A DNA stretch of 27,747 bases from a virus. Its lineage: Duplodnaviria; Heunggongvirae; Uroviricota; Caudoviricetes. Both the position numbers and the translations under genes were made by a program. The DNA lies in IMG/VR virus record IMGVR_UViG_2675903278_000003. One strand, written 5' to 3'. A model generated the notes under the pieces. The model did not search any database. It was given only the letters and a program-made list of their open reading frames with translations, and had not been told where the DNA came from. Positions within the stretch are counted from its first letter, which is position 1; each line of letters begins with the position of its first letter. Positions 25,667-27,747 of the stretch are shown here, in pieces.

Positions 25667-26092
25667 TCAATGCACAGCCACAATATTTCCTGCAGGGCCA
25701 CCACGATTCATCTGGTTGAAACCAGCGATCGCCACTGCGACAAAATCATCAGCGTCTCTCACCAGTCGTTCCCGCGTCTCCACTAGTTCCCGAAAATAGG
25801 CTGAGCTATGGCTGCGCATTCGGGCCACCAGCAGAGGTGGCATTGCTTTTTCGATAGCTGGTAACAACGCCTGAATTTTTTCAACTGCATCAGGGGTGTC
25901 TTTCTCTACCCAGCGGAAAATTTTCTGGGTATTGCGAGCCAGGGCTTCCGGATGGCTGTCGTCATACAGTTCTGGGAACGTCATACCCAGTTCAAAATAA
26001 GCCCTGGTTATTTCAGCTGCCGGAACTTTTTCACCGTCCGGATGCGCCCAGGCATTCATCGCCATGCGGATGTGTTCATGCTTGATTTTCAT
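25667..26092 (-). CDS. YdaT-like (CII-like / DUF1019) regulatory protein
   Basis: 141-aa 'MKIKHEHIRMAMNAWAHPDGEKVPAAEITRAYFELG...'; second gene of the rightward-equivalent early operon after the Cro-like gene, as ydaS-ydaT in Rac; name from recalled similarity. Confidence 0.55.
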   Translation of the reverse strand: MKIKHEHIRMAMNAWAHPDGEKVPAAEITRAYFELGMTFPELYDDSHPEALARNTQKIFRWVEKDTPDAVEKIQALLPAIEKAMPPLLVARMRSHSSAYFRELVETRERLVRDADDFVAVAIAGFNQMNRGGPAGNIVAVH

Positions 26093-26357
26093 GAATCAAG
26101 CTCCTAGAAAGTGGTTGTGTTAACATTTTGGTATCTTCCAGCTCGGGCCAAATATTCATCCAATCAAAAGGCCTTAGTTGCTGACGTGTAACTTCACCAT
26201 TACTGGCTCGCTCAATAAGGACACATAACGATGCCCCTAACACTTGACCTTTACTCAATGCCTTTCTTAGATAACCGATGCTGGTACCACACTCGCATGC
26301 AAACATACGCTGTTCATCTGACGAAAGAGAATTGAGAAATATTCTTAATTCTTCCAT
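26076..26357 (-). CDS. Cro-like / YdaS-like HTH regulator
   Basis: 93 aa with HTH-like 'RMFACECGTSIGYLRKALSKGQ'; SD 'AAGGAG' upstream; divergently transcribed from the repressor gene across an operator-rich intergenic region. Confidence 0.65.
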   Translation of the reverse strand: MEELRIFLNSLSSDEQRMFACECGTSIGYLRKALSKGQVLGASLCVLIERASNGEVTRQQLRPFDWMNIWPELEDTKMLTQPLSRSLIHENQA

Positions 26358-26461
26358 AGCTACTCCTTAGTAAACACAGCAAAGAACACCCATAGGTAAA
26401 CAAAAGTCAATACCCACAGGTTGTTTACCTTGCAGTAATCGCATCTATTATTTACCTATGG
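26358..26461. promoter_or_regulatory. Divergent immunity-region promoter/operator segment with at least three copies of a 'CCATAGGTAAACA'-like motif in both orientations
   Basis: 'cataggtaaaca' forward at 26391-26402, 'ggttgtttacct' (reverse) at 26420-26431, 'atttacctatgg' (reverse) at 26450-26461 overlapping the repressor ATG, and a weaker 'tagtaaaca' at 26368-26376 over the Cro-like SD. Confidence 0.6.
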
Positions 26462-26877
26462 ACAAATATGAATTTAGACGACAGCAACTCATCAAAATTC
26501 GTGATGAGAAATGCGATGGTAAAGCGGTTAACGTGGCCAGAAAGATCGGGCGCGAGCCTTCTTATGTATCAAGAATGTTGTACCCAGAGGGGAAAAAGGG
26601 AAAAAAACGGATCGCTGATGATATGGTGGAGATTATCGAAGAGTCCTTTGGGTTACCCCGGGGATGGATGGATGGTATCGTTTCATCATCAACGAACACA
26701 GCCTCCAGTTATGAAACAAGGGTTCTAACGCCACGACAACGTATTTTTTTAGATCTCTTAGACGAACTGCCAGAAAGTGAAGCGGATAACTTATTAAAAA
26801 CTCTTGAAGAGAAAAAACAGTATTACAATATGATCTACGAAGAAATCCGTAAAAAGAAAGCACAAAACGCATCATAG
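26458..26877 (+). CDS. Prophage repressor (RacR/CI-functional analogue), HTH protein
   Basis: 139 aa with HTH 'KAVNVARKIGREPSYVSRML'; divergent from the Cro-like gene; no recognisable SD, and the start codon lies within an operator-like repeat (leaderless-like arrangement). Confidence 0.65.
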   Translation: MDKYEFRRQQLIKIRDEKCDGKAVNVARKIGREPSYVSRMLYPEGKKGKKRIADDMVEIIEESFGLPRGWMDGIVSSSTNTASSYETRVLTPRQRIFLDLLDELPESEADNLLKTLEEKKQYYNMIYEEIRKKKAQNAS

Positions 26878-26922
26878 CTCACCAAACAACTAGTCACCAG
26901 TTAAGACACCGCAAAAAGTTAC

Positions 26923-26960
26923 CCATGGGTATTTACTTTTTAAATACCTATGGGTATCCT
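26923..26960. promoter_or_regulatory. Second pair of operator-like repeats downstream of the repressor gene
   Basis: 'cccatgggtatttac' and 'aatacctatgggtat' at 26923-26960, related to the motif in 26358-26461; the region beyond is cut by IS1 at 27073. Confidence 0.45.
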
Positions 26961-27087
26961 TCTTTTCATACCAACCCACCCCGCCCCACAGAATGCAGGG
27001 CAATACTTCGAGTTACCAGGCAGTGGTCAGGGGTTAAGTAGCCAGCCCGAGGCGTAAGAACATGACGGCGGGGGTAATGACTCCAAC

Positions 27088-27591
27088 TTATTGATAGTGT
27101 TTTATGTTCAGATAATGCCCGATGACTTTGTCATGCAGCTCCACCGATTTTGAGAACGACAGCGACTTCCGTCCCAGCTGTGCCAGGTGCTGCCTCAGAT
27201 TCAGGTTATGCCGCTCAATTCGCTGCGTATATCGCTTGCTGATTACGTGCAGCTTTCCCTTCAGGCGGGATTCATACAGCGGCCAGCCATCCGTCATCCA
27301 TATCACCACGTCAAAGGGTGACAGCAGGCTCATAAGACGCCCCAGCGTCGCCATAGTGCGTTCACCGAATACGTGCGCAACAACCGTCTTCCGGAGACTG
27401 TCATACGCGTAAAACAGCCAGCGCTGGCGCGATTTAGCCCCGACGTATCCCCACTGTTCGTCCATTTCCGCGCAGACGATGACGTCACTGCCCGGCTGTA
27501 TGCGCGAGGTTACCGACTGCGGCCTGAGTTTTTTAAGTGACGTAAAATCGTGTTGAGGCCAACGCCCATAATGCGGGCAGTTGCCCGGCAT
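27088..27591 (-). CDS. insB: IS1 InsB reading frame (expressed as InsAB' fusion by -1 frameshift)
   Basis: 167-aa frame matching the partial copy at 2-283 apart from Q vs R at one position. Confidence 0.85.
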
Positions 27592-27747
27592 CCAACGCCA
27601 TTCATGGCCATATCAATGATTTTCTGGTGCGTACCGGGTTGAGAAGCGGTGTAAGTGAACTGCAGTTGCCATGTTTTACGGCAGTGAGAGCAGAGATAGC
27701 GCTGATGTCCGGCGGTGCTTTTGCCGTTACGCACCACCCCGTCAGTA
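27510..27747 (-). CDS. insA: IS1 InsA, N-terminally truncated by the window edge
   Basis: '...[74 protein letters not shown]' is the zinc-finger/HTH InsA protein; the frame is open to the end of the window. Confidence 0.85.
27526..27536 (-). promoter_or_regulatory. IS1 programmed -1 ribosomal frameshift site (A6C slippery motif)
   Basis: Minus-strand 'TTAAAAAACTC' at the insA/insB overlap. Confidence 0.7.

Larger units (their letters stand above)
27073..27747 (-). mobile_element. IS1 insertion sequence, partial (insB-proximal end at 27073; insA 5' end beyond the window), inverted relative to the copy at 1-298
   Basis: Begins with the IS1 terminal repeat 'ggtaatgactccaacttattgatagtg' at 27073; encodes InsB and InsA on the minus strand. 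Confidence 0.9.

Noticed and set aside
26878-27072. Possible truncated gene between the repressor gene and the right IS1 copy
   Set aside because: No ORF of meaningful length on either strand; the segment is better explained as operator/promoter DNA cut by the IS1
1-27747. CRISPR arrays or rRNA genes
   Set aside because: No regularly spaced direct repeats with unique spacers and no rRNA-like conserved segments were seen; the only periodic repeats are the iterons and the TGCGCA cluster, both inside coding sequence

Overview
This window is a defective lambdoid prophage segment (Rac / phage-21-like) bounded by two partial IS1 copies in inverted orientation (1-298 and 27073-27747). Nearly all phage genes are on the minus strand. 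Reading from high to low coordinates: a divergent immunity switch (repressor 26458-26877 on plus; Cro-like and YdaT-like on minus, with repeated operator-like motifs), an O-like replication initiator with internal iterons, a hok (HokD/RelF-like) type I toxin, a nin-like region, a Q-like antiterminator followed by terminators, two paralogous lipoprotein genes, a phage-21-type lysis cassette (pinholin, SAR endolysin, Rz with embedded Rz1), an AT-rich trkG potassium-transporter moron, a translationally coupled ParB-like / GT2-like glycosyltransferase pair, then terminase small and large subunits, portal, MuF-like head protein, scaffold and major capsid. Tail genes are absent: IS1 cuts the structural operon just after the capsid. 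A non-phage cargo block (MFS transporter, ChaC-like protein, LysR regulator, DUF2254-like membrane protein, BetT/BetU-like BCCT transporter; 17471-23727) sits between hok and the replication genes, where a helicase-loader gene would be expected. The leads I rate highest for novelty are the ParB-like/GT2 pair inside the late operon, the paralogous lipoprotein pair upstream of the holin, and two short hydrophobic peptide ORFs with strong ribosome-binding sites flanking hok. All functional calls rest on motif recognition, gene order and recalled homology; no database search was run.
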